The notes beneath the pieces are model-generated. The model did no database searches, was not told where the DNA came from, and saw only the letters and a program-made list of their open reading frames with translations. This document shows positions 1-9,832 of a DNA stretch of 64,000 nt, one piece after another; positions within the stretch are counted from its first letter, which is position 1, and each line of letters opens with the position of its first letter. This DNA comes from Candidatus Sumerlaeia bacterium (lineage in GTDB: Bacteria; Sumerlaeota; Sumerlaeia; SLMS01; JANRJK01). Location: assembly GCA_033764015.1 (NCBI GenBank), contig JANRJK010000013.1, positions 256,001 to 320,000 of the forward strand, given 5' to 3'. Both the position numbers and the translations under genes were made by a program.

Positions 1-761
1 CGCACCGCGGCCCTCATGGTGAGCGGCTCCGCGAGCGCCTTCGGCGCCGGCACATCGACGGAAAAGGACGTCATCGGGGTGTCCGCCGCGAAGCTGTCCG
101 CGGAGAGCTTCGCGAGAAACGGTTCGCCGGAGGCGCCGGTGCCGTCTTCGACGAGCACTTGCAGCTCGGCGCCGTCGAGCTGCGCCGCTCGGGACGACGG
201 AAGGAACACAAGCGCGGGCACGGTGGGTTGAAGCCCGGTCCACGTCCGCGTGGGCATCACGGGCGCGACTCCGTAGGCGTCGAGCGCTTCGGCGAAGCCC
301 AGCTCCTGCTCTGCCACGACGCGCAACGCGCGTACCTCCGGGACGGAATCCTCGTCGCGCGGGCGGATGGAAAGCGTCGCGCTCGTCGCGCCGTCCCGCG
401 TGTCGAGTCGCCAGCGGAGCGTCTCCAGCTCGCCGGCGCCGCGCGCCCGGCGGACGCCCTGCAATGTCGGCTGCGCCGAGTCGCCCGAGGTTCGCGCATG
501 GACCTGCGCGGGTCCGGCGGCGAACACGTCGGCCTCCAGCACGAATGCGGAGTCGGCGCCCAGCCGCTCGGGAAAGTCGGCGGTCAGCGCGGGCGGCGGC
601 ACCAGCAGGTCGCTCGGCCCCGAGTACCGCAGAAGCCACGCGCCGGAGCGCTCGCGGGCCATGCCGGGCGCCGCCTCGCGCAGGTTCTCGAGCGGCGCGG
701 GTTCCCCGGGCAGCCCGTGGGCGAGGCAGCAGGCGACGATCAGCGCGGCGAGGGTTTTCAT
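1..761 (-). CDS. Secreted hypothetical protein, partial (3' end runs off the window)
   Basis: ATG at 761 overlaps the TGA of the upstream gene (ATGA). The frame is open to position 1 and reads MKTLAALIVACCLAHGLPGEPAP..., which is signal-peptide-like. Not in the ORF track because it has no stop in the window. Confidence 0.7.
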   Translation of the reverse strand, partial: MKTLAALIVACCLAHGLPGEPAPLENLREAAPGMARERSGAWLLRYSGPSDLLVPPPALTADFPERLGADSAFVLEADVFAAGPAQVHARTSGDSAQPTLQGVRRARGAGELETLRWRLDTRDGATSATLSIRPRDEDSVPEVRALRVVAEQELGFAEALDAYGVAPVMPTRTWTGLQPTVPALVFLPSSRAAQLDGAELQVLVEDGTGASGEPFLAKLSADSFAADTPMTSFSVDVPAPKALAEPLTMRAAV

Positions 762-2716
762 AGGTTCCATGGGGGAAAGAGCAGGGCCTCGAAGGATTGC
801 GGCTCAAGGGACCCCGGGACCGGCAGTGGCGCGAGCCATATCTCGGAACCGCGCGGGCCGCCACCGCTTTGGAACGTCGCCCCCAGCCGCGCGTGGCGGA
901 GGAAGCGCAGCACGGCGTCCGCGTCCGCGCCCCCCGCCGGCGGGTAGGCGCGGAGCCATTGCTCCGCGTACCGGTTCCGCACCGACGCGGAATCCCCCGC
1001 GACGACGGGGTGTCGATCCAGTCCGTAGAACATCACGAGCCGGTTCCACTCGAACTCGTTCACCAGCACATGCGTGTACCCGGACGCGAACGCCGAGCGC
1101 GCCGTCGTGCTTCCCTCGGCAAGCCAATCCCAGCGGTCCCAGACCGTTGTGTAGGCCGCGCTCCTCGGCAGCAGCGCGCCGCGCGCGTCGAACAGCACCA
1201 GCAGCTTCGCATCCTTCGGCAGCGACTCCGCCGCGAGGTATGCCTCGATCAGCGGCCCGCCAAGGAAGCCCGCGAGCGCGGCGATGCGCCCTTCGCGGGT
1301 GATCGCCGGACGCGCCTGCAGGAGCGTCAGCGACCCGACGACCACCTGCCAGGCGACCGCCGCGCAAATCAGCGCCAAGGCGGGACCGCGCCAGCGCGCG
1401 GGGCGCAAGCTTCCCGCCAGCACGCCGACCGCGGCGCAAGCCAGCCCCACGTTAGGCAGCAGGAACCGCGCGGGCTGCCCGGCGAGCAGCGCGTGCGCGA
1501 ACACCCCGGCCAGCCCCGCCGCGGCGAGCGCCGCCGCCGGGCTCCGCCGCCGCAGCACCATCAGCGCGAGTGCTCCCGCAGCGGCAGCGCTCACGCGAGT
1601 TGGTCCCGCACTGAAAGCGAAGCCGAAGTCGCCCAGCCTCGCGAGGACGCTCGCCCAGTACGAAGGCTCGAGCGGCGTCTGCGGTCCGTGCGCCTCGACG
1701 ACGAGGGCGCGCTGCTCCGCGGTCCACGCCACCAGCCACGGGAACGGCGCGTCCAAGAACCATGCGGCGCGGATCATCCACGGCGCCATGGCGATGGCCC
1801 CTCCCAGCGCGGCGAATCCCGCGGCACGCGCCAGATCGCGCCGCGCGTCGCCTGAGATGAGCCGTGCGATTAGCAGCGCACCCGCAAGCGGCAGCAGCGT
1901 GATCGCGACGGCGCTGAGCTTCACCGTCGCGGCGCTCGCGAGCACGAAGCCGCCAAGCCCTGCCAACCACCGCGAACGGCCGGGCGCCTGCGAGCGCGAC
2001 GCAACCAGCAGTTCCGCACCGGCCAGCGCGTACAGCGCGACGAGGGGGTCCGTCAGGTGTTGCAGCGAGGCGCCCGTCGCCATCGGGTGCCAGAGGTAAA
2101 GCGCGGCGGCGAGCGCGCTACCTTTCCGCCGCGCGCCGCAGCGCAGCGCCAACGACGCCACGCAGGATGCGCCGCCGAGCATCGCGATCGCAGGCACCAT
2201 CGCCGCGCCGACGCCGCCGCCGCTCCGCCAGGAGACGAGTCGCTGCAGCGCCGGTGCGCCGAGCGGCGTGTCCGCGTAGAACATGCGCCACTCGCCCGTT
2301 AGCGCCGCTTGGTAGTTCCAAGCCAGCGGCAAATGGTAGCTCAACACGTCGTAGTTCGCCGGGACCACCAAGACGGCCCAGAGGTGCCAGGCGACAGCTA
2401 CAGCCACTGCCCCGAGGCCCACGGTGGCGATTGGCGTGTTGCGCCCACCCAGCCATGGGAATCGCACCCGCAAACTGCCTAGATTTGCGAAGACCAGCAA
2501 TAACGCCAGTGGTGCCAGCATGAATGGAAAAGGACGGACAGTGAAGGGGAGTGAACTCAGGAGACCTACTGCCAGCCCGGCACCGACCGAGACAGTCGGC
2601 CTTCGCCCCTTCCGTGTCCCGCACAGCCAAGTCCCGCATAGAGCCAAGAAGCCCGCACCGCCCAGCGCGAACAGGGCTTCCCAGACCGCCACCGTTTGAG
2701 AGTAGCCGGTCAGCAA
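758..2716 (-). CDS. Multi-pass membrane protein, probable GT-C-fold glycosyltransferase
   Basis: 652 aa with many hydrophobic helices. NYDVLSYHLP loop after an early TM segment, plus TVKLS and QPARFLLP motifs resembling GT-C/ArnT-like proteins. Start is uncertain (TTG). Confidence 0.6.
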   Translation of the reverse strand: MLTGYSQTVAVWEALFALGGAGFLALCGTWLCGTRKGRRPTVSVGAGLAVGLLSSLPFTVRPFPFMLAPLALLLVFANLGSLRVRFPWLGGRNTPIATVGLGAVAVAVAWHLWAVLVVPANYDVLSYHLPLAWNYQAALTGEWRMFYADTPLGAPALQRLVSWRSGGGVGAAMVPAIAMLGGASCVASLALRCGARRKGSALAAALYLWHPMATGASLQHLTDPLVALYALAGAELLVASRSQAPGRSRWLAGLGGFVLASAATVKLSAVAITLLPLAGALLIARLISGDARRDLARAAGFAALGGAIAMAPWMIRAAWFLDAPFPWLVAWTAEQRALVVEAHGPQTPLEPSYWASVLARLGDFGFAFSAGPTRVSAAAAGALALMVLRRRSPAAALAAAGLAGVFAHALLAGQPARFLLPNVGLACAAVGVLAGSLRPARWRGPALALICAAVAWQVVVGSLTLLQARPAITREGRIAALAGFLGGPLIEAYLAAESLPKDAKLLVLFDARGALLPRSAAYTTVWDRWDWLAEGSTTARSAFASGYTHVLVNEFEWNRLVMFYGLDRHPVVAGDSASVRNRYAEQWLRAYPPAGGADADAVLRFLRHARLGATFQSGGGPRGSEIWLAPLPVPGSLEPQSFEALLFPPWNL

Positions 2717-2793
2717 CTCCGCCTCCCGTCCCGCGTGCTTTCCATTCGCGCCGCGGGGTGGCTGCCCGCGACCCTTCGCGCAGGAGGGCCCCC

Positions 2794-3126
2794 ATGCGCG
2801 ACCTGATCTGCACGGCGAAGGAACTGAAGGAGATGCTCGGGCGTGGCGAGGCGTTCACGCTCCTCGATGTGCGCACGCCCAAGGAGCACGCCACCGCGCG
2901 AGTCGAGGGGTCCGTCCTCATCCCCATGGACGAGGTGCCGCGGCGGCTCGGCGAAATCGAGGACCTCGCCGAGCGCGGCCCCATCGTCGTCCTGTGCCAC
3001 CACGGCGTGCGCTCCGGCAGCGTGCAAGCCTACCTCCGCCAGCAGGGGATCGCGAACGTGCGCAACCTCGCCGGGGGCATCGACCGCTACTCGCTCGAGG
3101 CCGACCCGGCTGTGCCGCGCTACTAG
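2794..3126 (+). CDS. Rhodanese-like sulfurtransferase
   Basis: AGGAGG RBS before ATG 2794; LLDVR, CHHGVRS active-site loop, NLAGGID. Confidence 0.9.
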   Translation: MRDLICTAKELKEMLGRGEAFTLLDVRTPKEHATARVEGSVLIPMDEVPRRLGEIEDLAERGPIVVLCHHGVRSGSVQAYLRQQGIANVRNLAGGIDRYSLEADPAVPRY

Positions 3127-3130
3127 CGCA

Positions 3131-3679
3131 TTACCCGTCCGCGCGCTTGTGGGCCGCCGCGAACTTGATGAACTCCCGGATCTCCGTCCTCAGCAGGTCC
3201 GCGGTGAACGCGTCGTTCAACTCGCCCGCCTCGTCCAGCTTCTTGTGCACCGCGCTGATGAACGTCCGGTGCGGCAGGTTGAATCCGTTGCGGTAGCCGA
3301 ACACCATCTGCAGCTGCTCGACCGCGCGGAGGCCGCCCCAAACGCCGGCGGCCACGCCGGTGTAGGCGACCGGCCGCTCCTCGAAGCTCTCGGGGAACTT
3401 CAGCATGTCGATGAAGTGCTTCAGCACGCCGGGGAAGCTCCCGTTGTACTCCGGCACAACCACGTGGAGCCCGTGCGCGCGCAGGATGCGCTCCTGGAAG
3501 GGCGCGAAGGAGGCGGGCTTCTCGGCGAAGGCGGACGGCAGGAAGATCTGCTGCGGCAGCGCCTGCAGGTCCATGAGCTGCGCGGAGGCTCCGGCCTCGT
3601 TGTACATGCGGACGATCAGCTTCGCCACTTTCAGCGTCGCGCTGCCGGGGCGGGTTGTTCCAGCGATGACCTCGATCAT
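3131..3679 (-). CDS. NAD(P)H-dependent FMN reductase
   Basis: GTTRPGS flavin-phosphate loop, PEYNGSFPGVLKHFID, GGLRAVEQL. Confidence 0.9.
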   Translation of the reverse strand: MIEVIAGTTRPGSATLKVAKLIVRMYNEAGASAQLMDLQALPQQIFLPSAFAEKPASFAPFQERILRAHGLHVVVPEYNGSFPGVLKHFIDMLKFPESFEERPVAYTGVAAGVWGGLRAVEQLQMVFGYRNGFNLPHRTFISAVHKKLDEAGELNDAFTADLLRTEIREFIKFAAAHKRADG

Positions 3680-3737
3680 GCCGTGGGGTTCCTTTGCGGA
3701 TGCGATGGCGCGGCCGCGGGCCGCGGGCCATCTCCGC

Positions 3738-6700
3738 TCACGCCATCGCGCGGCGCAACTCCCGGATCGCCGCCGTGAGGTCCTCGGCCCGCTGCCAGCG
3801 GTCCTCCTTCTTCTTCGCCAGGCACTTCGCGATCACCTGCCAAAGCCTCGGGTCGCACCCTTGGATCGGATCCGGCTCGCGGTGGATGTGCTGGTAGGTG
3901 AGGTCGCCTTCGGTGAAGGGGGGCCTTCCGTTCACGAACTCGTAGAGCATGATGCCGAAGCTGTAGATGTCCGCCCGGTTGTCCACCGGGATGCCCTGCA
4001 CCTGCTCCGGGCTCATGTAGAGCGGCGTGCCGATCACCGCGCCGACCATCGTGCCGTCCGTCGTCTGGTCCATCAGCTTCGCGATGCCGAAGTCGGTGAT
4101 CTTCACGTCGTTGCCGGAGGTGAGCATGATGTTCGCCGGCTTGATGTCGCGGTGCACGATGCCGAGGCGGTGCGCGTAGGCCAGCGCGTCGGCGATCTGC
4201 TCCGAGTAGTGGAGGATCTCCTTCACCGTGAGCTTGTCGCCGGTCTTCGCGCGCTTCTTCAGGTCGCTGCCGTCCACGTACTCCATGGAGATGTACTTGC
4301 GGCCCATCTCCTCGCCGATGTCGTGGATGCGCACGATGTAGGGGTGCGAAAGCTTGCGGGCGTTGCGCGCCTCGATCTTGAAGCGGCGCACCGCCTCCGG
4401 GTTGTTCGAAAGGCCGTCGGGGAGGATCTTCAGGGCGACCACCTCCTCCAGCTCCTTGTCGCGCGCGCGGTACACGATGCCCATGGCGCCGCGCCCCAGC
4501 TCGTCCAGCAGCTCGTAGCGCCGCGCCGCCTCCTCGCTCATCTCCTGCACGATGCTCGTCCGCTCGAACGCCGCCGGGTCGCTCGTCGAGCCCGACAGCA
4601 GCTCGAAGCGCCGCTGCACGTCCTTGTAATTGATGTCCGCCGCGAAGAGCTGCCGGTACACCTGCTTGGCGCCGACCAGGTCCTTCTTCGCCTCGTAGCG
4701 CTGCGCCAGGTCGTACAGCAACTCCTTCGTCTCCTCGTCCACCACCAGCTTCTTGTACTCCTGCAGCGCGAGGTCGAGCATCCCCTTCGCCGTGAAGCAC
4801 TTGCCGAGAGCCTTCGCCGACTCCGCCTCCCAGCGGTAGTCCTGCGCCGTCCGCTGGAACGAACCGATCGCCTTGTCGAACTCCCCCATCTGGTAGAACG
4901 TGCGGCCGAGGTTGAAGCGCACCTCGTGGTCGTCCTTCTCCTTCAGTAGCGCCTCGTACGCCGTCGTCAGCGACTTCTGCACCTCGGCGTTCGTCGGCTG
5001 GAGCTGGTACGCCTTCTCGAGCGTGCGGCGGGCGAGCTTCGATTCGCCGGAGGAGGTGAGCATCCGCCCCTTCTGTGTCAGCGCCAGGATGTTGTTCGGG
5101 TCCTTCGACAGCACCTTGTCGAGCGCGCTGAGCACGTTCTTCGCCTGGCCGGGATTGCCGTCGAAGATGACCAGCAGCTCCTCCATCGCCTCCCGGAGGC
5201 GGTTCGTCGCGATGAGGATTTCGACCACCAGCCACCGCAGCCGGAGCGCGCCCGGCTGGTCGTGGAGCACCTCGCGCGCATGGGCCAGCACCGCCGAATC
5301 CGCGCCCTCGCCGCACTGCAGCGCCCGCTGGTAAGCCTCGATCGCCCGCAGCTGGTCGTCCTTCTTGGCGTGGCACCGCGCGGCCGCAAGGTGCAGCGGC
5401 AGCGGACGGCTCGCGCCGGGGATCGCGCGCTCGTAGAGCGCCAGCGCCTCGTCGTCCGAGCGGCGCTTCTGCGCGTACGCCGACGCGAGGTTCGCCAGCG
5501 CGTCCTGGTCCTTCGGGTTCGCCCGCAGGATCCGCTCGTACTCGCCGATGGCCTCGTCGATCCGGTTCCCGTGCAGGCTCGCCTGCGCCTGGAGGCGCTT
5601 CAGCTCGTCGTCGCCCGGCGCGGCGGCCAGCAGCCGCTGCAGCAGCGCCAGCGCCTCGTCGTGCCGGCTCTGCGCCAGTAGCCCGCGCGCCATCTGCCGG
5701 CCCACCTTCGAGTCGGAGGGATCGGCTGCGAGCAGGCTCTCGTACACGGGCAGCGCCTCCGAATCGCTCCGGTCCTGCGCCATTAGCACCTTCGAGAGCG
5801 CCCCCAGGATCTCCGTGTTGTTCGGGTCCAGCCGGAGCCCCTCGCGCAGCGCGCGTTCCGCCCTCGGCTCCGCGCTCCCCAGGCGCACGTAGGACAGCGC
5901 GAGCTGCCGCGTGAGCTTCGGGTTCATCTGCCCCTGCTGCGCGAGCGCCTCCAGCGCCCGGACCGAAAGCGCGTGGTCCGACTTCAGCACCGCCGTCTGC
6001 GCCACCGCGCGAAGCGTCGCCGGATCGTCCGGGTTTTCCGCGTGCGAGCGGGTGTAGATCTCCACCGCCTCCGCGTCGTAGACGCCGCGGTCGTGGAGGA
6101 TCTCGGTCAGGGTGCGCAGCAGCTCCCGGTCCCCCGGCTGCTGCTTCAGCGCCCGCTTGAAGGCCTGCACCGCCTCGTCGTCCCGGCGCCCCCCGAGCAG
6201 GAAGCAGTGCGCCAGCAACGCGACCGCCGACGGATCGTCCGGGTTGTGCTTCAGCGCGTTGCGCACCTCGTCGATCGCCGGGCCGATCTCGTTCTTCTGC
6301 AGCTTGATCGCGCACAAGTGGCAGTAGGCGGGCGAGAAGGCGGGGTTGCCGTCCAGCACCTGGTAGCAAAGCGACTCGATCTCGCCGTCCGTCGCGCGGG
6401 CGTCGATGCACGACTCGAGGTAGGCCTCGAGGAAACGCTGGTCGTCGGAGCGGCGGGCGAACTCGTGCTGGTAGACCGGGTGCGCCTTCGCCGAGGTGTT
6501 GTTCGTCGCGAGGTACACGTCGCAGAGCGCGGCGTAGACCCGGTCCGTCGCGAGGCCGTTGCGGAGCGCCGCGCGCAGGCGCTTGGCCGCGCCTTCGTAG
6601 TCCTTCTTCGCCATGGCGCACATGCCGAGGCCGTACTCGAGCAGCTCCGGCTCCGGGAAGGTCTCAAGGGCGCGCGCGTACGCCGCCTCCGCGTCCGCGT

Positions 6701-8690
6701 CCACCACCGGCTCCAGCAGCAGCGAGCGCACCATCCCGTGGAGCAGCGCCGGATCGTCCGGCTTCGCCTTGTGGGCGGCGCGGTACACCACGCGGGTCTC
6801 CGCCGAGAAGTCCGCCAGCGCCAGGTAGATCCCCGCGAGCGGCACGGCGACGCCGGCCTCCGACGGATAGCGCCGGAGCAGGTCCTCGTACGCCGCCCGC
6901 GCCTCCGCGAGCTTGCCCTGCGCGCGGAGCTGGGACGCTTTGGCGAAGCGCGAGCGCCGCAGGAAGACGCGTCCGCCCAGCAGAACCACGTAGCCGCCGA
7001 TCGCGAGCCCGCCCGCCAGCCCCAGCACGATACCGAGCAGGTTCTTCCGCAGCACGGTCCTCTGGCGCAGCGAACTGTACTCCGAGTCCCTCGGGTCGAA
7101 GTCGCGCAGCCAGTCCGCCGCCTTGAGCGCACGCTGCCAGTCGCCGGCCTCCGACGCCGCGCGCACCTCCTCCAGCTTCCCGTCGCGCACCTTGCGCAGC
7201 CGCTCGCCCCGCTCCCGCAGCAGCGCCGCCTGCCCGAAGTCCGCCCGCGCGTTGTGCCACATGGAGCCGCCCGAAGTCGCCCAGATCGTGCGGACGGGCC
7301 ACGGGGTGACGGTGCGCACTTCGGACTGCCAGAGCGTCGCATCGCCCCCGGACGTCGCCGCCAGGATGCGCGCCTTCCCGGACTCGCGGTCCGTATAGAC
7401 CGCGAGGGCTCCCATCACGGTCTCGTTCCCGAGCGAGCCCTCCTCGAGTTTCAGGAGCGTGGCGCCGTCGCGGGTGTACCACTCGCCGAAATTGTTCGTT
7501 ACCGTGACTGTTTGTCCAACGCCCAGCGCCAGTTCCGGGAGCGAGTCCTGCCCCGCGCCGCCCGGACGGGCCAGCAGCGCGATTTCGCCGTTCTTCGGGC
7601 TCAGGACCTGCTCGTCCGTCACCGCCAAGTCCGAGAGGTTGCGCGCGTCTTTCACCACGAGGCGGTTGCGCCCGGGGATCACCAGCAGCAACGGGGACGA
7701 CGACCCCGTCGGAAGCGCCAGCATCGGTCCGTGGATCGGAACCGCGTTGATGGGCTCCGTGTGCAGTTCCTCGATCCGCCTCGGGTTCGCCGGATTGTAC
7801 GCGGCGACCACCGTCTCGCCCTCGTCGAACGCCACCACCATCTCGTCCAAACCGTTCGCGGTCATGTCCGCGAGCAATGGCGAGCCGATGATGCGCTTGC
7901 GCTCCTTCACATTGATGTTTTCCCGCTTCCCGGTGAACGGGTCGGCGATGATCAGCAGGCCGGAACGGGAGGAGGCGACGAGGTCGGGCTTGTCCTTGAA
8001 GCGGGGGAAACCCATCACCGCCGGACCGGAGAACTGCGTGTTGCAGTCCTCCTTCCACACGACCTCGACTTTGAAGGGCGTTTCGGCGTCCTCCGCCGCC
8101 TCCACCAGACGGAGCGCGTGCAGCGTTCCGCGGCTGTCGGCGATCACGCACAGGTCGAGGTCCGCGGAAAGCGGGTCGAACCGCTCCACCACTTTCCCCA
8201 GCAACTCCGCCCGGACCGGTGCCGCGGTCGGCTGTTCGTTGAACTCGACGCCTTCTACGACGTACTGGGCCAGCAGCCGCGACGATGTCCCTTCGATGAA
8301 GAGCACCGTCCCGCTGCTGGTGCCCACGGCGAGATCGATGCGGTCGCGGCCGGCGAAGTCGCCCGCGCCCGGCGGCGAAAGCGGCACGTCGCCCGGCACG
8401 GAAAGCGCCCCGAGGACCTCCAGCGTCGCCCCGTCCAGGACCCGCAACTGGCCCTTGGCGTCCGTCACCACCGCCTCCGGAGTGTCGTCGCCCACCAGGT
8501 CGACTGCGAGGATGCCGTTGGGGTTCGTCAGATCCAGCTCGCGGAGGTGCAGCCGGCGCAGCGCCGTCTTCTCCGAACGCTGGGCCAACGCCACGGCAGG
8601 GATCAGCAGCGCGGCCGCGGCGGCGGCGGCCCCCGCCCGCGCAAAGTTCCGGTGGAGCGCTCGGCTCGTCATCGGCGACTCGGTCCCCAT
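3738..8690 (-). CDS. Receptor-like Ser/Thr protein kinase: signal peptide, FG-GAP-like beta-propeller, TM helix, long TPR array, C-terminal Hanks kinase
   Basis: 1650 aa. FG-GAP-like motifs (DLVGDDTPEAVV, GDFAGRDRIDLAVG, LADMTANGLDEMVV); TM segment NLLGIVLGLAGGLAIGGYVVLLG; TPR helices; kinase motifs LGRGAMGIVY, VALK, HRDIKPAN, DFG, GTPLYMSPE. Confidence 0.9.
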   Translation of the reverse strand: MGTESPMTSRALHRNFARAGAAAAAAALLIPAVALAQRSEKTALRRLHLRELDLTNPNGILAVDLVGDDTPEAVVTDAKGQLRVLDGATLEVLGALSVPGDVPLSPPGAGDFAGRDRIDLAVGTSSGTVLFIEGTSSRLLAQYVVEGVEFNEQPTAAPVRAELLGKVVERFDPLSADLDLCVIADSRGTLHALRLVEAAEDAETPFKVEVVWKEDCNTQFSGPAVMGFPRFKDKPDLVASSRSGLLIIADPFTGKRENINVKERKRIIGSPLLADMTANGLDEMVVAFDEGETVVAAYNPANPRRIEELHTEPINAVPIHGPMLALPTGSSSPLLLVIPGRNRLVVKDARNLSDLAVTDEQVLSPKNGEIALLARPGGAGQDSLPELALGVGQTVTVTNNFGEWYTRDGATLLKLEEGSLGNETVMGALAVYTDRESGKARILAATSGGDATLWQSEVRTVTPWPVRTIWATSGGSMWHNARADFGQAALLRERGERLRKVRDGKLEEVRAASEAGDWQRALKAADWLRDFDPRDSEYSSLRQRTVLRKNLLGIVLGLAGGLAIGGYVVLLGGRVFLRRSRFAKASQLRAQGKLAEARAAYEDLLRRYPSEAGVAVPLAGIYLALADFSAETRVVYRAAHKAKPDDPALLHGMVRSLLLEPVVDADAEAAYARALETFPEPELLEYGLGMCAMAKKDYEGAAKRLRAALRNGLATDRVYAALCDVYLATNNTSAKAHPVYQHEFARRSDDQRFLEAYLESCIDARATDGEIESLCYQVLDGNPAFSPAYCHLCAIKLQKNEIGPAIDEVRNALKHNPDDPSAVALLAHCFLLGGRRDDEAVQAFKRALKQQPGDRELLRTLTEILHDRGVYDAEAVEIYTRSHAENPDDPATLRAVAQTAVLKSDHALSVRALEALAQQGQMNPKLTRQLALSYVRLGSAEPRAERALREGLRLDPNNTEILGALSKVLMAQDRSDSEALPVYESLLAADPSDSKVGRQMARGLLAQSRHDEALALLQRLLAAAPGDDELKRLQAQASLHGNRIDEAIGEYERILRANPKDQDALANLASAYAQKRRSDDEALALYERAIPGASRPLPLHLAAARCHAKKDDQLRAIEAYQRALQCGEGADSAVLAHAREVLHDQPGALRLRWLVVEILIATNRLREAMEELLVIFDGNPGQAKNVLSALDKVLSKDPNNILALTQKGRMLTSSGESKLARRTLEKAYQLQPTNAEVQKSLTTAYEALLKEKDDHEVRFNLGRTFYQMGEFDKAIGSFQRTAQDYRWEAESAKALGKCFTAKGMLDLALQEYKKLVVDEETKELLYDLAQRYEAKKDLVGAKQVYRQLFAADINYKDVQRRFELLSGSTSDPAAFERTSIVQEMSEEAARRYELLDELGRGAMGIVYRARDKELEEVVALKILPDGLSNNPEAVRRFKIEARNARKLSHPYIVRIHDIGEEMGRKYISMEYVDGSDLKKRAKTGDKLTVKEILHYSEQIADALAYAHRLGIVHRDIKPANIMLTSGNDVKITDFGIAKLMDQTTDGTMVGAVIGTPLYMSPEQVQGIPVDNRADIYSFGIMLYEFVNGRPPFTEGDLTYQHIHREPDPIQGCDPRLWQVIAKCLAKKKEDRWQRAEDLTAAIRELRRAMA

Positions 8691-8728
8691 CTTCTGGCGA
8701 ATCCTGATCAGCTCAACTTATCGGCCAA

Positions 8729-8757
8729 AGCGTTTCCCCCCGCGCGTCTGTCGTCAA
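8729..8757 (-). promoter_or_regulatory. Putative sigma70-type promoter for the receptor-like kinase
   Basis: TTGACG-N17-AACGCT on the minus strand, about 40 nt upstream of the start codon. Confidence 0.45.
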
Positions 8758-8884
8758 GCAGGCATGGCGTCGCGCCCCGCGCCGTCCGCGATCCGAGCGA
8801 CCCGGTTTGACAACCCCTCGCGTCGTAAGTTGTATTTTCCCTGAATTCCGTTCAGGCGCCTCTCGGCCCCGGCAGGACCCCCAC

Positions 8885-9832
8885 ATGCTGATGCTTTGCC
8901 ACAAGTGCCAACACCGCTGGGACGAGGACCTGCTCCCCGGCCAGAATGCGGTCGAGTGCCCCAAGTGCAGGACAGTCCTTATCACCGACGACTTCACCGG
9001 CACCGTCGCGTTCGGATCCGTCCTCCCGCAGCCGAAGAGCGTCAGCCGCGAGGAGATCCTGAAGGTCATCACCACCCCCGTCCCAGCGAAGCGCCTCGAA
9101 AAGGCTCCCGAGACCTCCGGCAAGCCTTCCGCCGCGCCCCGCCGGCCCGACCCGCGACTCAAGGCGCAGCGCTCCCAGCCCGCGTCCAAGCACGACGTCG
9201 CCCCGCGCACCGAGCCCCCCCGCGGCTCCCGCAGGTCGGCCCAACGCCCCGACCCCGTCCCCGACACCCACAGCACGGCGACTCCGTTCCACCTCCGGTC
9301 TCCGCTTTCCAACATGGAAACCCGGGTCCACTACCCGGAGAAGACCCGCCTCGAACAGATTTCGCCAATCATTGTCGGGCGCCCCAAGGTCGGGGCCGAC
9401 CCCGGCGCCGCCGACACCCGGGAAGGGGCGCCGTCCCTTTCGCCCATCACCGCCTTCATGCCGGAGGAGACCCCGCTCGACTTGTCCGCGATGAAGACCA
9501 CGATCGAGCGCCGCGAAACGCCCAAGTCGAAGAAGAACAACCCGGTGGACGAGGCGATCCTCGACCTCTCGGACATGAAGACGACGATCGAGCCGCGCCC
9601 GGCCGCCGACAGACCCCCCCCGCTTCGTAGCCTCCTCGACGAACTCACGCCGCTCGAACCCGGTCGGTCCGCCGAAAAGTCAACCAGCACAGCCCCGCCC
9701 GCGCGCCAAGGCGGCCTCTCCTCCCACGCGCTCCGAACGCTGGTCCTGGAAGGTCCGCCCCCGGGCATGATCGAGTCGCTCCTCGAGAATGTCGGGCCCG
9801 ACTCCCCCAATCCCAAGTCCCGCCGGAAGTAG
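8885..9832 (+). CDS. Zinc-ribbon protein with a long disordered Pro/Thr-rich tail
   Basis: ATG 8885 after AGGA; CHKC...CPKC; low-complexity tail containing two LDLSxMKTTIE repeats. Confidence 0.7.
   Translation: MLMLCHKCQHRWDEDLLPGQNAVECPKCRTVLITDDFTGTVAFGSVLPQPKSVSREEILKVITTPVPAKRLEKAPETSGKPSAAPRRPDPRLKAQRSQPASKHDVAPRTEPPRGSRRSAQRPDPVPDTHSTATPFHLRSPLSNMETRVHYPEKTRLEQISPIIVGRPKVGADPGAADTREGAPSLSPITAFMPEETPLDLSAMKTTIERRETPKSKKNNPVDEAILDLSDMKTTIEPRPAADRPPPLRSLLDELTPLEPGRSAEKSTSTAPPARQGGLSSHALRTLVLEGPPPGMIESLLENVGPDSPNPKSRRK

Noticed and set aside
3405..8810. Very long alternative-frame and antisense ORFs (e.g. 3676-6621, 5973-8810; likewise 22507-24405, 37985-40204, 53749-55788, 56032-58077)
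   Set aside because: They are shadow ORFs expected at >70% GC: Arg/Ala/Gly/Pro-rich, motif-free, and fully overlapping well-supported genes.
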